A stretch of 64,000 bases of DNA from Squalus acanthias (lineage: Eukaryota), in assembly GCA_030390025.1 (NCBI GenBank), contig CM059438.1, forward strand, positions 64,358,001 through 64,422,000. The letters run 5' to 3'. Positions within the stretch are counted from its first letter, which is position 1; each line of letters starts with the position of its first letter. A program made the position numbers and the translations under genes. Below, one piece after another: positions 12,420-25,878 of this stretch. The notes beneath the pieces are model-generated. The model saw only the letters and a list, made by a program, of their open reading frames with translations. It was not told where the DNA came from and made no database searches.

Positions 12420-14412
12420 ATTCAAGACACCATTCATTAGATTGATCCCTGGGATGAGAAGGTTGTCCTATGAGAAGAGGTTGAGCAGATTGGGCCGAGA
12501 CTCTCTGGAGTTTAGAAGAATGAGAGGTGATCTCAGTGAAACATATAAGATTCTGAGGGGGATTGACAGGGTAGATGCTGAGAGGTTGTTTCCCCTGGCT
12601 GGAGAGTCTAGAATGAGGGGGCATAGTCTCAGGATAAAGGGTCGGGCATTTAAGATTGAGATGAGGAGGAATTTCTTCACTCAGAGGGTTGTGAATCTGT
12701 GGACTTCTCTACCCCAAAGGGCTGTGGATGCTGAGTCATTGTGTGAAGGAAATAGCCATATTCCAAGAAATACATCATCCTATGAACAGATTTTGATATT
12801 ATTAATACAAGACATACTGAGTTTAAAAGTCTGGAAAGCCTCGGCGACACAGGCTGCAAACACAATACAAGCTTCTGAGATAAGGTGAAGTGTTAACAAA
12901 AGCTGTAAAACATCACAAGCTTTGAAATGGGAGATGGTTGTAAACACAAAAACGATGCCCCTATTGAAGCAAATCATTGGCTCTTCCAGAATGTCTAGAG
13001 TTTGGAACAAAACAATAGCAATGCCCAAGTAAAGTGTCAAAATCTAACATGTCGAACAGGTGCACAGAACATTAAAAAAAACAAGTGCCTTTGAAAAAAT
13101 GACATCAAGTAAAAGAAATGCCTGCCATAAAATAGTTTTATGTTAAACTTAGAAACAGGAAACACGATTAAATATGCAACCAATTGAGATAGCAAGAAAA
13201 CAAGTAAACACCCTAAGAGAAGTGGTTTTGAACTACAAATTGTAAAAGATACCTACAGAGAGGCTTTGAAGATATAATATCAATAGATGACACCAAGCAA
13301 TTACATTGTGTTTGTATTGAACTTGGAAAACCACGAAGTCACAACATCTGGCTTACAAGCAGTTAAGTGATATTAAGAATTCAATAGAAAGACTTCCTAA
13401 GAATAGCATCAAAAAGATAAATCTGTAATAACCATTTTATGATAGTTTTTGAAACACCTAAAGGTAGAGACAGAATTCTAAAAGTTGGCAGCTGAAATGA
13501 CAGTAAGAATAGAAAAGAATTCAATAGAGTTTCACTCGAGACAATTAGTTTACATCAGTAGAAAACTTCAAAGAAAATACCACTAAAAAAAGGTATAAAA
13601 ATAAGAGCTTTTCAGTCAGAAGTCACTGGAAGGGCAAGCGTTTCTCAACTTCACAGGCACGCTCTGTAAGTTTTCAACTCTGAGTCTCGGGTAATCAAGG
13701 TATTTGATTTTGGTGGATATTCTGGATTAAGAAATAAGTAGAAGTGTGGAAATGTAACGAAGTTAAGATTTGAGAATAAGGATCTCTGATAAGAAATGTA
13801 AGCTATTTGTATTTTGAACGGTTAAAGTTGCGATTGCCATACCAGCTGTTAACTAGATGTCGGTTCTTTAATAAATCTATATATTTTTAAAATTGTCTCA
13901 AAGAGTATTTCTGTATCAATCTCATGAACTCAATTTCTGTATACTCTTCAGAGAGGAGTTGCTGAATTCTGCAGGGTTTTCCAGACCCTCATAATATCTG
14001 GAAGGTTACAGTCTAGTTAAACTTGTTAAAAGTGCTATCCGGAGGACGGTAACATCTTCAGGCCATTCCTTTCCTTTAGGGAGAGATAGTCTGAACCTTT
14101 AGACCCAATTAAGCGTCTCTAGGATTCGGCTACCGCTAACCTTAGTTGAAGGTGAACGTCTGGGGAATACGCCTGATCTGGGGTAGCCCGAAAAGGGCTA
14201 GGACTTGTAATTATCCTTTCAGTTGAGTATATTCAAGGCTGAGCTAGATAGATTTTGGACTTTAGGGGAATCAAGGAATATGGGGATCAGGCGGGAAAGT
14301 GGAGTTGAGGTCGAAGATCAGCCATGATCTTATTCAATGGCGGAGCAGGCTCGAGGGGCCGTATGACCTACTCCTGGTCCTAATTCTTATGTTCTTAAGT
14401 TCTTATGTTCTT
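12420..14412 (+). mobile_element. CR1 3' fragment (12420-12741 and 14222-14412) split by a solo LTR
   Basis: ORF 12400 gives RLIPGM...RRMRGDL...WTSLPQRAVDAESL; CR1 sequence resumes at gagtatattcaaggctgag and ends in ttcttatgttctta repeats. Confidence 0.9.
12742..14221. mobile_element. Solo LTR, 1480 bp
   Basis: TG...CA ends (tgtgaagga / tcctttca), 4-bp TSD attg / gttg (one mismatch), clean interruption of a CR1, no ORF, aataaa near 13870. Confidence 0.75.
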
Positions 14413-16130
14413 AGCATGTTGGACACCAATTGAAGGTTCAATGGAGGTGGTGGAGAGATGAAGCTGAATGTCTTCAGCCTACATGTGGAAGCTGATGTCA
14501 TATCTGTAAATGATGCCACTAAGGAGAAACATGTAGATAAGGAAGAGGAGGGGATCACCGATAGATCCTTGGGAGACTCCAAGGTAATGATCTTGAGATG
14601 GGAAGAGAAGCCATTATTGGAGATATTCTAGCTACGATTGGATAGGCAAGAGCGGAACCAAATGAGAGCAGTCACACTGATCTGGAAACCGAGGAAAGGT
14701 ATTGGACATGGATGGTGTGCTTAACCGTATCAAAGGCTGCATGTCAAAAGAGTTTGAGGATGGAAAATGCATCATGGTCATAGAGGATGTAACCTGTGAC
14801 TTCAACTAAGGTCATTTTAGTGCTGTGGCAAGGATGGAAACCTGATTGGAGGGATTCAAACACAGTTACAGAAAAGATGGACACAGATTTGGGGGGCGAC
14901 ACCACATTCAAGGACTTGGGAAAGGAAAGGGAGATTGGAAATAGGGCAGTAATTTGCAAAGACAGAGGGAGCAACAGTGTTTTTTTTCAGGAGGGGTTGA
15001 AGGTGGTGGTTTTTACAGGGGGTGGACAGTACCTGAGGGGAACCATTTACAATGTCAGCTTCCATGGGGGCCAGGAAGGGAGGTTAGATGGTCGATAGGT
15101 TAGTGCAAATATTTTCAAGGGAGCAGGAGGTAGGTCTCACGCACAAGATGAGCCCAGAGAGAGCATGAGGAAAGATAGGACAGAAACTAGAGAAAGACTT
15201 GGGTTCAGGACTAGGGAAGAGAGATCTCTTGGTAGGAATAGTTTGGCTTGACGGGTAAGGGGAAAGAAGGCAAGCAGTAGAGGCAGCTGAATGAATGGTC
15301 TCTATCTTAGTGACAAAGAAGTCCATAAGCTTATTGCATTGTTGTTGGAGGTGAGGGTGGAGGGGTTGGGGGAGGGGGGCGGGGGGGATTACGGCAGTGG
15401 AGAGGGTTTCAGAAGGTTGGTAGTGAAGAAGGAAGATGGGAGTTAGCTTTGCTCTCCAGGATGGTCCAGAGTCCAGCATTTTTTGACTGCACTGTTCCAC
15501 AGTTCACCAGCAGAGCCAATCAAACCCAGAATAATTCACCAATTTGTTTTAACTTGTGAGTGGACATGTTCCTCAGCTGATCTCAGTGCGTGACGGATCT
15601 CCGGACGGAATTTTCCCATTGCCGAGTGTACGCGTTTGGGGGCAGGTTGGCAGTAAAGGTCCCGGAAATGGTGAGCGCGTCGGTAACCCAACATCATCCC
15701 GGTGCCTCGCGCTTTTAACTCGGGCAGCTTTGAAGGCGCGACATGGACCCGATCGGCAGAGGCGGGTGACCTTGTTGAGAGACCCTTATGAGGGTTTTTA
15801 ACATCAGCTTTTGACTTTTACTGCAGGAGGACGGGATTCACGCAGCTCGGGTTCCTCGCCTGTCAACGTGAGGCGAAAGCTCAGTGGCCATTGGTGAGTC
15901 CATTCATCGAGAGCTGGGAAAAACACATAATTACTGCAGCATTACACCTCATTACTTGCCTCATGGAAAGGCTCTTGTTGACTCCATTTTGTCCACAGAT
16001 TTGGGTGTCATCAGTTTGCAGATCATTTCTGAAACCTCGGAAGCCACTCTCACCACATTGCTACTCAGTATCACAATATTGAAGGATTGGCCCTCTGACC
16101 TCCACTTTACCTGCCATCTATTACATCAGC

Positions 16131-17337
16131 ATGGGTGCCACTTATGCTGTCTCACCTTGGTCCTCAGAATCGGACCAAGATAAGCCCCACCAGCAACACC
16201 AGCCACACCAGCAGCAGCAGCAACCACAACAGCAGCCTTCTCCTCAATGACGTGATGCTCCACAGGAGAGAAGGGAGCACCACAGGGCTGCAGCGCATCA
16301 GAGGCGATACCCCCAACACAGGGTATACAGGCAGAGGCTTCCTCAACATGACTGAGCAGCAGTGCTTCAGGAGGCTCAGGCTATCGTGCCAGGTCATCGC
16401 AGACATTTGCAGCTTGCTGGAACAAGACCTGCTGCCCAGAGGTCCTGGTGGACACTCCTTACCAGTGGATGTCAAAGTCACCACCGCACTCAACTTCTTC
16501 ACCATAGGCTCCGTCCAGCGATCTGCAGCAGACAATTGTGGGATCTCGCAGTCGGCCGCCCACAGATGTATCATCAAGGTGACCAATGCCATGTTTCACA
16601 AGTCAGCCAATTATATCAACTTTGCCACTGCTGAAGCCAGTGTTACTGAGCGGGCGCTCGGCTTTTCAGCTCTGGCTGACTTCCCACAGGTGCAGGGTGT
16701 CATCGACTGCACACATGTGGCCATGAAGGCACCCCATCATCACCCAGGAGTGTTTGTGAACAGCAAGGGCTTCCACTCAATGTGCAGCTCATCTGCAACC
16801 AATTAAAGATGATCATGCATGTGTGCGCCAGATGCCCTGGCAGCTGTCAGGACTCTTCGTGCTGCGCCAGTCCACCCTCCCTCAGCTCTTCGCATCTCCG
16901 ACTGGCTGCTTGGAGACAATGACTATCCACTGAAGACGTGACTCATGACACCCTTGAGGACGCCAAGTACTGAGGCCGAGGAGCATTGTAATGAGAGCTG
17001 CATCTCCACCAGATGTGTCATAGAGCAAGCAATAGGCATGCTGAAGATGCGCTTCAGATGCCTTGGCAGATCTGGAGGAGACCTCCAGTACGCACCAGCC
17101 AGGGTCTCCAGAATCATTGTCGTTTGCTGCACACTACACAAGATAGCGCAGCAGCGAGGAATGGAGCTGCGGGAGGAGCAAGCTGCAGAGCACACAGACT
17201 CTTCAGAGGAGGAGGAGGAGCAAGTGGAAGATGAGGCAGAGCAGGAGGAGGAACCTGAGGTGGAGATGGCACCAGCAGCGGCGCACATTGCTGCCCTGGA
17301 GGCCTGGGATAGCCTCATCGTGGCCAGATTTGCTTAA
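16131..17337 (+). pseudogene. Harbinger DDE transposase (HARBI1-like), frameshifted
   Basis: [37 protein letters not shown]-like segment near 16906, IEQAIGMLKMRFRCL, VCCTLH, acidic tail, ARFA*. Confidence 0.9.
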
Positions 17338-18416
17338 CTTGCATCAATGGAAACATAGACATAGAAACATAGAAAAATAGGAGCAGGAGTAGGTCATTCG
17401 GCCCTTCGAGCCTGCTCTGCCATTCAATATGATCATGGCTGATCCACTATCTCAATACTATATTCCTGCTCTTTCCCCATACCCCTTGACGCCTTTTGCA
17501 TCTAGAAATCTATCTATCTCCTTCTTAAATATATTCAGTGACTTGGCCTCCACAGCCTTCTGTGGTAGAGAATTCCACAGATTCACCACCCTCTGAAGAA
17601 ATTTCTCCTCATCTCAGTCCTAAATGTCCTACCCCATATCCTGAGACTGTGACCCCTCCTTCTAGACCCCCCAGCCAGGGGAAACATCCTCCCTGCATCC
17701 AGTCTGTCTAGCCCTGTCAGAATTTTATATGTTTCAGTGCGATCCCTTCTCATTCTTCTAATCTCTAGTGAATACAGGCCTAGTTGACCCAATCTCTCCT
17801 CATACGACAGTCCTGCCATCCCAGGAATCAGTCTGGTGAACCTTCGCTGCACTCCCTCTATGGCAAGTATATCCTTTCTTAGGTAAGGAGACGAAAACTG
17901 CACACAGTACTCCAGGTGTGGTCTCACCAAGGCCCTGTATAACTGCAGTAAGACATCCTTGCTCCTGTACTCAAATCCTCTTGCAATGAAGGCCAACATA
18001 CCATTTGCCTTCCTAACTGCTTGCTGCACCTGCATGTTTGCTTTCAGAGACTGGTGTACAAGGACACCCAGGTCCCTTTGTACATCAACATTTCCCAATC
18101 TATCACTATTTAAATAATACTCTGCCTTTCGGTTTTTCCTACTGAAGTGGATAACTTCACATTTATCCATGTTATACTGCATCTGCCATGTATTTGCCCA
18201 CTCATTCAACTTGTCTAAATCGCCTTGAAGCCTCTTTGCATCCTCCTCACAACTCACAATCCCACCTAGTTTCGTGTCGTCAGCAAACTTGAAAGTTTTA
18301 CATTTGGTTCCCTCATCCAAATCATTGATATAGATTGTGAATAGCTGGGGCCCAAGCACTGATCCCTGCGGTACCCCACTAGTCAGCGCCTGCCACCCCG
18401 AAAAAGACCCATTTAT

Positions 18417-20175
18417 TGTAGGGGGTGGTGGTGGTTTGTGCCAGCTTCACCTCTGGCCTCTGAGCGGTTCGAATCGCTCCCACTCCCTTGGTTCTAGACC
18501 TTGGGCTTATTTAGGGGTTGTGAATAAAAGGTGCAGTAGACAATTGAGTTTAATGAGAGAACTCCAAACTTTATTCAAGATAAAACACAATAACAAACAT
18601 AAACTTCAAGTACAGTAGGGGAACACTTCGGTATAAGTGAGGGAAATGACAGTTTAAAAGTAATTCACCCCTCCCAACCCAACTACACTAACTAGGTTGG
18701 GTTTCAGAGGACCAGGAATAATGCTCACCACTCCTTGACAGTTCTTGACAGTTGAGATATTTCGCATTTTCGGGGTTCACTGGGGTTTTTGGTTGTCGGG
18801 GCCTGCCATACCCCGGACGTGGTAGAAGACTTCAGCTGCACTCCAGGTCAGTTTGGGTCTGTCCGCTGATGCGGTAGGGTGCGTTTTGGACTTATCAGGT
18901 GAGTACCCAATTTCTTTGTTTCTAGCTGCAGGGTTTAGAGTCTTTGCATGTAAGTCTTACCCAGGGGTAAGCCAGGAGTAGTTGTAGTGTTGCCGTTTCT
19001 TCAGGTTTCCCCTGGTTACCTGGTGGTTGGTTGCTGCGCGGGGCCTTGGTTTCCGCGGTACTTTCGAGTGTCGGTTTACCTCGTTGAGCCCTTGGCAGCT
19101 CTTGTTGTTGGTTCATTGCGTTGGAGGCCTGTCGGGGCAGGCACCTCCTGGAGCTGGACCGTGTGTTGAGCGATGCCGACTCGCTCCCAGCTTCCAGTGA
19201 CCTTTGCTAGTGTCTGCTAGAGCTGGACCATATACTGAGCGATGCCGACTCGCTCCCAGCTCGTGGTCTCAGTTCTAGCCTTTGCCTGGCCTTGTCTGTC
19301 CCTGCCTCCGATCTTGCCTTGGGTCTGCCTGCCTCGTGGCCTAGCTGCTTGTCTCTCCTCCTGCTCATTGCTTGCATGTTGAGTTAACTTCCGAGTGTGG
19401 TGCCCGACTCTGCTCTCTCCGCTCTCTCTCTTTATGCTAAGGGTCCCCCAATTATACCCCATTGGGGTTCCCTTATCTCCGTGCCAAATCTCGTTTGCTC
19501 TTTGTCTGTGCTTCCGTGAGCTCGTTAAGTCTGATGACTTTAACTTTGTGTTAACTTGTCCTGATGGCTACCGATGTCTTCCATTGAGACAGGGCCTCTA
19601 TCTATGCGCCAAATCTCGCTTCTTTTGTCTTAGGTTTTGGCGGGCTTGTTAAACTGTTCCGGTCGATACTTGGCTAATCGGTTTTTGATGGGATGTTGGG
19701 CTATGAAACTGTGTACTGGCAGTTTTATTGTTAGGAATTGTTTTCAGTCTTCCAGCATCCTGTCTGGACCTGGGGATTTCAAAAGGGGTCTTGGTTTATT
19801 CATTTTTAAATGTGTTTGTGATGTTTTGGATGAGGCTCTTCCTCCTTGGTTGGATTGCAGTGCAAACATCTCCCAGACAGCATGGCTTGGTCCCAATACC
19901 CAAAAGTTGTCCACTGCCTCACCACACCCCTTCCCGCAGCCTGTGTTTCTGTGACTGCAGGTTTACCCAATGGCTCTTTTTGAAAGGTATAGTATCATCC
20001 AAAGTCATTTTCCTCAGGGCTTTTTCTTCCTTGATCCTTTCAAAATGTCCAAAACTGAGGTTTTGATCTCAAATTCCTTCATTTTGGTCCCACCATTCCA
20101 AATTCGTGTTAAGATCCAAAAATCACCCCCTTTAGGGTTCTATTCGAGTTTCTGGGGGATTTTGCGAAGCCTACA
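18417..20175. mobile_element. Solo LTR, 1759 bp
   Basis: Perfect inverted ends tgtagg...cctaca; 4-bp TSD ttat (18413-18416 / 20176-20179); removing it restores CR1 gacccatttattccta. Confidence 0.85.
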
Positions 20176-22176
20176 TTATTCCTATTCTCTGTTTCCTGTC
20201 TGTTAACCAATTTTCAATCCATGCCAGTATATTACTCCCAATCCCATGTGCTTTAATTTTGCACACTAACCTCTTATGTGGGAATTTATCAAAGGCCTTC
20301 TGAAAATCCAAATACACCACATCCACTGGTTCTCCCTTATCTATTCTATCAGTTACATCCTCAAAAACTCCAGTAGGTTTGTCAAACACTATTTCCCTTT
20401 CATAAATCCATGTTGACTTTGTCTAATCCTGTTGATATTTTCTAAGTGTCCTGTTATCACATCCTTTATAATAGACTCTAGCATTTTCCCTACTACTGAT
20501 GTTAGGCTAACTGGTCTGTAGTTCTCTGTTTTCTCCCTCCCTCCTTTTTTAAATAGTGGGATTATATTTGCCACCCTCCAATCTGCAGGAACTGTTCCAT
20601 AATCTTTAGAATTTTGGAAGATGACAACCAATGCATCCAGTATTTCCGTGGCTACCTCTTTTAGTACTCTGGGATGCAGATTATCAGGCCCTGGGAATTT
20701 ATCAGCTTTCAGTCCCATTAATTTCTCCAGCACTATTTTTTTTACGAATACTAATTTCCTTTACTTCCTCCTTCTCACTAGACCCATGGTTCCTTCGCAT
20801 TTCTGGAAAGTTATTTGTGTCCTCTATCGTGAAGACAGAACCAAAGTATTTGTTTAATTGCTCTGCCATTTCCTTGTTCCCCATTATAAATTCTCCCATT
20901 TCTGACTGTAAGGGACCTACATTTGTCTTCACTAATCTTTTTCTTTTTACATACTAGTCCGCTTTTATATTCCTTGCAAGTTTACTCTCATACTCTATTT
21001 TTGCCCTCTTAATCAATCTCTTCGTCCTTTTTTGCTGAATTCTAAACTGCTCCCAATCATCAGGCTTGCTACTTTTTCTGGCATCTTTATATGACTCCTC
21101 TTTAGATCTAATACTATCCTTAATTTCTTTTGTTAGCCATGGGCTGCTTTTCCTTTTGTGTTTTTGCGTCAGAAAGGAATGTATAACTGTTGCAATTCAT
21201 GCATTCGTTCCTTAAATGTTAGCCATTGCCTATCCACTGTCATGCCTTTTAATGAAGCTCTCCAATCTATCATAGCCAACTCACTCCTCATACCTTCGTA
21301 GTTTCCTTTGTTTAGATTTAGGACCCTAGTTTTGGATTGAACTACTTCACTTTCCATCTTAATGAAGAATTCTATCATGTTATGGTCACTCTTCCCTCAG
21401 GGACCCCACACAACAAGATTATTAATTAACCCCTTCTCATTGCACAATATCCAATCTGGGATAGCCTGTTCCATAGTTGGCTCCTCTACGTACTGGTCTA
21501 AAAAAGCATCTCGTACACACTCCAGGAATTCATCCTCCACAGTATTATTGCTAATTTGGTTTGGCCAGTCTATATGTAGATTAAAGTCACCCATGATTAC
21601 TGTAGTACCCTTGTTACATGCATCTCTAATTTCCTGTTTGATGCCATCCCCTACATTACCACTACTGTTTGGAGGCCTATATACAACTCCCACCAATGGT
21701 TTCTGCCCCTTGGTGCATCTTAGCTCCACCCATACTGATTCTACATCTTGATTTTCTGAGCCAATATCCTTTCTCACTATTGCTCTGATTTCTTCCTTTA
21801 CTAACAACTTCACCCCACCTCCTTTTCCTTTTTGCCTGTCCTTCCTAAATATCGAATATCCTTGGATATTCAGCTCCCAACCTTGGTCACCCTGCAGCCA
21901 TGTCTCCGTAATCGCAATTATATCATATCCTTTTTCATCTATTTGCACTGTTAATTCGTCTACCTTATTACGAATGATTCGTGCATTCAGATACAGTGCC
22001 TTTAGATTTGTCTTTTGAACATTTTTAGGCATCTTAACATTTTTTTGTACTATGGCCCTATTTGTCTTACCATTTTTTCTTACCCGGACCCTATTTGTTA
22101 GTGCACTCTTTTGTTTTTATGCCCTGTCCCTTCCTGACACAATCTGGTTATCCTTTCCCCAATCACTTTCCTACAC

Positions 22177-22278
22177 CAGTTCTGACGAAGGGTCATCGAC
22201 CTGAAACGTTAACTCTGTTTCTCTCTCCACAGATGCTGCCTGACCTACTGAGTATTTCCAGCATTTTCTGTTTTTATT
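22177..22278 (+). mobile_element. Short Penelope-like terminal-repeat insertion
   Basis: About 100-bp insert in the CR1 inter-ORF region, flanked by tcactttcctacac (22163-22176) / tcactttcctgcac (22279-22292); begins with a hammerhead motif. Confidence 0.65.
22178..22214 (+). ncRNA. Minimal type I hammerhead ribozyme motif
   Basis: agtt-CTGACGA-a-gggtc-atc-gacct-GAAA-cg-TT-aact: helix I agtt/aact, helix II gggtc/gacct, palindromic aacgtt in place of helix III. Confidence 0.75.
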
Positions 22279-23588
22279 TCACTTTCCTGCACTGCTTCCT
22301 TGTCTTTTCTCTTTAGCATTCTAGATTTCTCTCCACCGGGACCCTCCCCCCCCCCCCCCACCTTATTTAGTTTAAAGCCCTATCTACCTCCCTAGTTATT
22401 CGATTCGCTAGAACTCTGGTCCCAGCATGGTTCAAGTGTAGTCCGTCCCAACGGAACAGCTCTCTTTCCCCAGTACTGGTGCCAGTGCCCCACGAATCAA
22501 AACCCACTTCTCCCACACCAATCTTTAAGCCACACATTCATCTCCCTGATCCTATTAACCCTATGCCAATTTGCTCATAGCTCAGGTAATAATCCAAAGA
22601 TTATTACCTTTTTGGTTCTGTTTTTTAATTTAGTCCCTAGCTGCTCAAACTCTCTCAGCAGAACCTCTTTCTTAGTCCTACCTATGTCGTTGGTACCTAC
22701 GTGGACTACGACAACTGGATCCTCCCCCTCCCACTCCAAGTTCTTCTCCAGCCCGAAGGAGATGTCCTTTACCCTGGCACCAGGCAGGCAACACAGCCTT
22801 CGGGACTCACGCTCCTGGCTGCAGAGAACAGTGTCTATCCCTCTAACTATACTGTCGCCTACTACAACCACCTTCCTTTTTACTTCCCCCACTTGAATGG
22901 CTTCCTGTACCACGGTGCCGTGGTCAGTTTGCTCGTCCTCCCCGCAGTCCCCGCACTCGTCCACAAGGGTTGCAAGAACCTCGAATCTATTGGACAAGTG
23001 CAGGGACTGAGGCTCCTGCAATACTACCTCCTGGATCCCCGTACCTGCATCACTCGCAGTCACTCCCTCCTGTCCCTGACCACGTGTCAATTCTAAAGTA
23101 TTTAATCTAAGGGGTGTGGCTGCCTCCTGGACCAAAAGGTCCAGGTAACTTTCTCCCTCCCTGATGTCTCGCAATGTCTGCAGCTCGGACTCCAGCTCTT
23201 CAACTCGGAGCCGAAGTTCCTCGAGCCTCAGACACTTACCGCAGATGCAGTCGCCCTGGACAAAAATGTCCACAAGCTCCCATATATTGCAGGAGCAACA
23301 CATCTCCTGTTATCCCATTATTTTATTTATTTCTTTAATGGAGCCACATGCTGTACTAAGGTCCACCCAACAACACCATAAATCATCCCTACAATGACCA
23401 AGCCATTCCAAAGCCCCAGTGCTTGAGGTTAAGTAATGTCTCACCATTCACTCCAAGTGACAAAGCCACTTCCCAGGTAGCAGGCAAAAATGGGCAAGAC
23501 CGGAAAGTGGTGCAAAGAAATACATTTATGCGTGTCATCAAAATAGATGAAACTTAACACTAACAGTTTTTCATACACCCATGTGCAT

Positions 23589-25418
23589 CTACTTTTGTAT
23601 CATTTTTCTTTTCCGTATGCTTCTACGAGGTGCTACCCCTGTGGCTGCAGCAGAGGTAGCGGCAGGCTGCTCACTTCCCTGCTGCGACTGCTTAGACAGT
23701 TTTGGCGGACGTCCTCTGCGTTTTGAGCCTGTGAGGGCCCCGCCAAAGACTGCTCCTCCTTCAACTGCTAAGGGGCAGACTCGGCCATCGGGATCCGAGG
23801 AGGCATCTGGGGCTCTGACTGAGGGGGAGGCAACGGGGGAGAAGCAGGAGCGCTTTGAGTGGTGCCCCCACTCCATGTCCCCTCTCAGCATCATCCCTCT
23901 CATGGGCCACCCGCACTTCCCTGCTAGCAAGGAGCTGGAGAGCACCTTGCTGCACAGCAGTGGGGTGATAAATGCCCAAGTCTACGTTTATATCCCTCCT
24001 AGAGAAGAGGTCTATGAGTGTCTACCATCTGATGTCCACAGCTAGCATGTACTCATGTGACTGCTGCACTTGCTGCTCCATGCAGGTGGCCATCCGTTCC
24101 ATGGAACAGCACATCGTCTCCATTGCCTGCAACATGGTGGTGCTCATATTGGAGATGGACTCCTCCATTCTCTGCACATTTGCAGACATCATGGCTACAA
24201 AAAATGCCAGAGCCTCCTGCATTTCTTGCTGTCCCTCCAAGATCGCCCTCTTTCTCGACGGCCCCCGAGGTTCAGCATCTGCATGCAGCTCAGCAGAGCC
24301 TGGAGCGTCCTGCGCCCTCTGGCGAGGAGTTTCCACTGCTGTCCCTGTCAACACCACCTGCTCTTGCTCACTTGTGAATTGTGAAACACCAGGTGACAAC
24401 ACTACTCTATCTCGTACAGGACCCACGGTGGTGTGTGTATTTGTGCTGGTTCCAGGTGCGCTTGGGTCTGCTGGTGCTGGAGGTTCCTCTGAGGAGACGT
24501 CTTCCTCCTCTGGCTGGACAGTGAGGGGGCACTTGGTAGACTTGTGCGAGAGTAAAGAGATGAATTAGAAGTGTTATAATAAGAATGGGTAACGATACTA
24601 TTATGCACATGATGGCATTTCACTGGCTGCTGACATCAGTCCCCATATGAGTGACTGCTGTATGCCATGTGGCTGTATGAGATGTGATTCTGTCACCAGG
24701 TCTGCCACTGCCACCATCTCTGCAATGCCCGATATCTCCAGAGCCCCCACATCTGCTGGTGTTGTTTGGGTGAAGACTGGAGGGCCACCTCCAGTTCTCT
24801 ATCTCTCACACATGTTCTGGGCTCTTTTCTCCTGCAAGGAGGGAAAGAAGAGAAGTTTGAGTGAGAGTGATGCAATGAGTGTAAGGAATGGATGGCTTCC
24901 ATCTGTAGAGGGTGACTATGAGGGAGTGGGGTGCCAATACCAAATGGCCTCCTTCTGTGGTGTTACTTGCTATGATTGCATTAGGATGAGGGTGAGTGTG
25001 AGGGGTGGTTAGTCAGATGGGGATGTGAGTTTGTACATAAAGAGAGGGGGATGGGTGGCTGTGCAAGGTATGTTGGTGTGAGGAATGATGTGCAGGGGTA
25101 GGCTTGGGAAGGCAGAGTGATGGGGATGTGTTAACAGGCACATCAGGATAAGGGTGAGTGTGGCATTGCACTCACCTTTCCTGACCTCATGAGATCATTG
25201 AAGCGTTTCCTGCACTGGATCCAGGTCCTTCTGACCACATCCCTGCTGCTGACCTCCTCAGCTATATCCAGCCAGGCTCATTTGGTGTCTTTTGGATGTC
25301 TCCTGTGCCTATCAGCAGGGAACAGGACCTGCCTGCGTGCTCTCACTGCCTCCACCAGAGTATGCAGGGATGCGTCAGAAAGTCATGATGCAGCCCTCTG
25401 CCTTTGACTGTCCATCAT
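23589..25418 (-). pseudogene. Harbinger 1 Myb/SANT-like DNA-binding gene, three exons, decayed
   Basis: Exon 1 about 25418-25176 (reads ...RTWIQCRKRFNDLMRSGK then gtgag), exon 2 about 24831-24696, exon 3 in ORFs 24022-24426 and 23589-23945; homologous to 32444-35800. Confidence 0.75.
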
Positions 25419-25834
25419 TGCTGGTTTAGAACAGTATTCAGTCCTTTGTATTTCAGCGTCCACCCTCCTCTAGCAACCCTCAAATGAGTTATGTGCAAGG
25501 CTGCTTTAAATATCAGCGCTGGAAACGAACCATCGATGATGTCATCAGACCCGCTCCATTTAATTGGGCCGGGAAACACGCTTTAATTGGGACCATTAAG
25601 TTAAAGCCCTGAAGAACGCGCTGAGCAGAACATCGCCTTCCCGACCCGCTACGCGGCCCACACGCACCCGACTCAACTCTACTGAAGCCTGAAGTGCTGA
25701 AGGTGCCGGCGAAGCGATCCCACCCACATGGAGCCAAATTAAAAACTAAGCGAGGAAGGTTTACTCTGTCAACTTGTAACAAAAGTGAGAAGTCGCACAA
25801 CACCAGGTTATAGTCCAACAGCTTTATTTGAAAT

Positions 25835-25869
25835 CACAAGCTTTCGGAGCGCTGCTCCTTCGTCAGGTG
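25835..25869 (-). ncRNA. Minimal hammerhead ribozyme motif
   Basis: Minus strand: cac-CTGACGA-a-ggagc-agc-gctcc-GAAA-gc-TT-gtg. Confidence 0.7.
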
Positions 25870-25878
25870 CAGTGACTT

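Larger units (their letters stand above)
12160..15490 (-). mobile_element. Old L2-like LINE fragment in two pieces (about 12160-12412 and 14413-15490), interrupted by a CR1 and a solo LTR
   Basis: Degenerate L2-type RT peptides in ORFs 14744-14974 (FESLQSGFHPCHSTKMTLVEV), 14856-15065 (NYCPISNLPFLSQVLE) and 15084-15500 (LMDFFVTKIETI). Confidence 0.75.
17352..23336 (-). mobile_element. Near full-length CR1 LINE (degenerate ORF2 17480-22032, ORF1 to about 23310), inserted between the two Harbinger genes
   Basis: RT fragments 17583-18359, 20171-20932 and 21169-21378; EN 21397-22032; ORF1 22575-23303 (CCSC...CGKC, VVGDSIVRG); possible TSD aatgga at 17346-17351 / 23337-23342. Confidence 0.9.
15603..25675. 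mobile_element. PIF/Harbinger transposon 1 (decayed), carrying a nested CR1, solo LTR and Penelope-like fragment
   Basis: Left end ggacggaattttccc; transposase on +, Myb/SANT gene on -; right subterminal sequence (cacacgcacccgactc) resembles Harbinger 2, but the outer TIR was not found. Confidence 0.8.
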
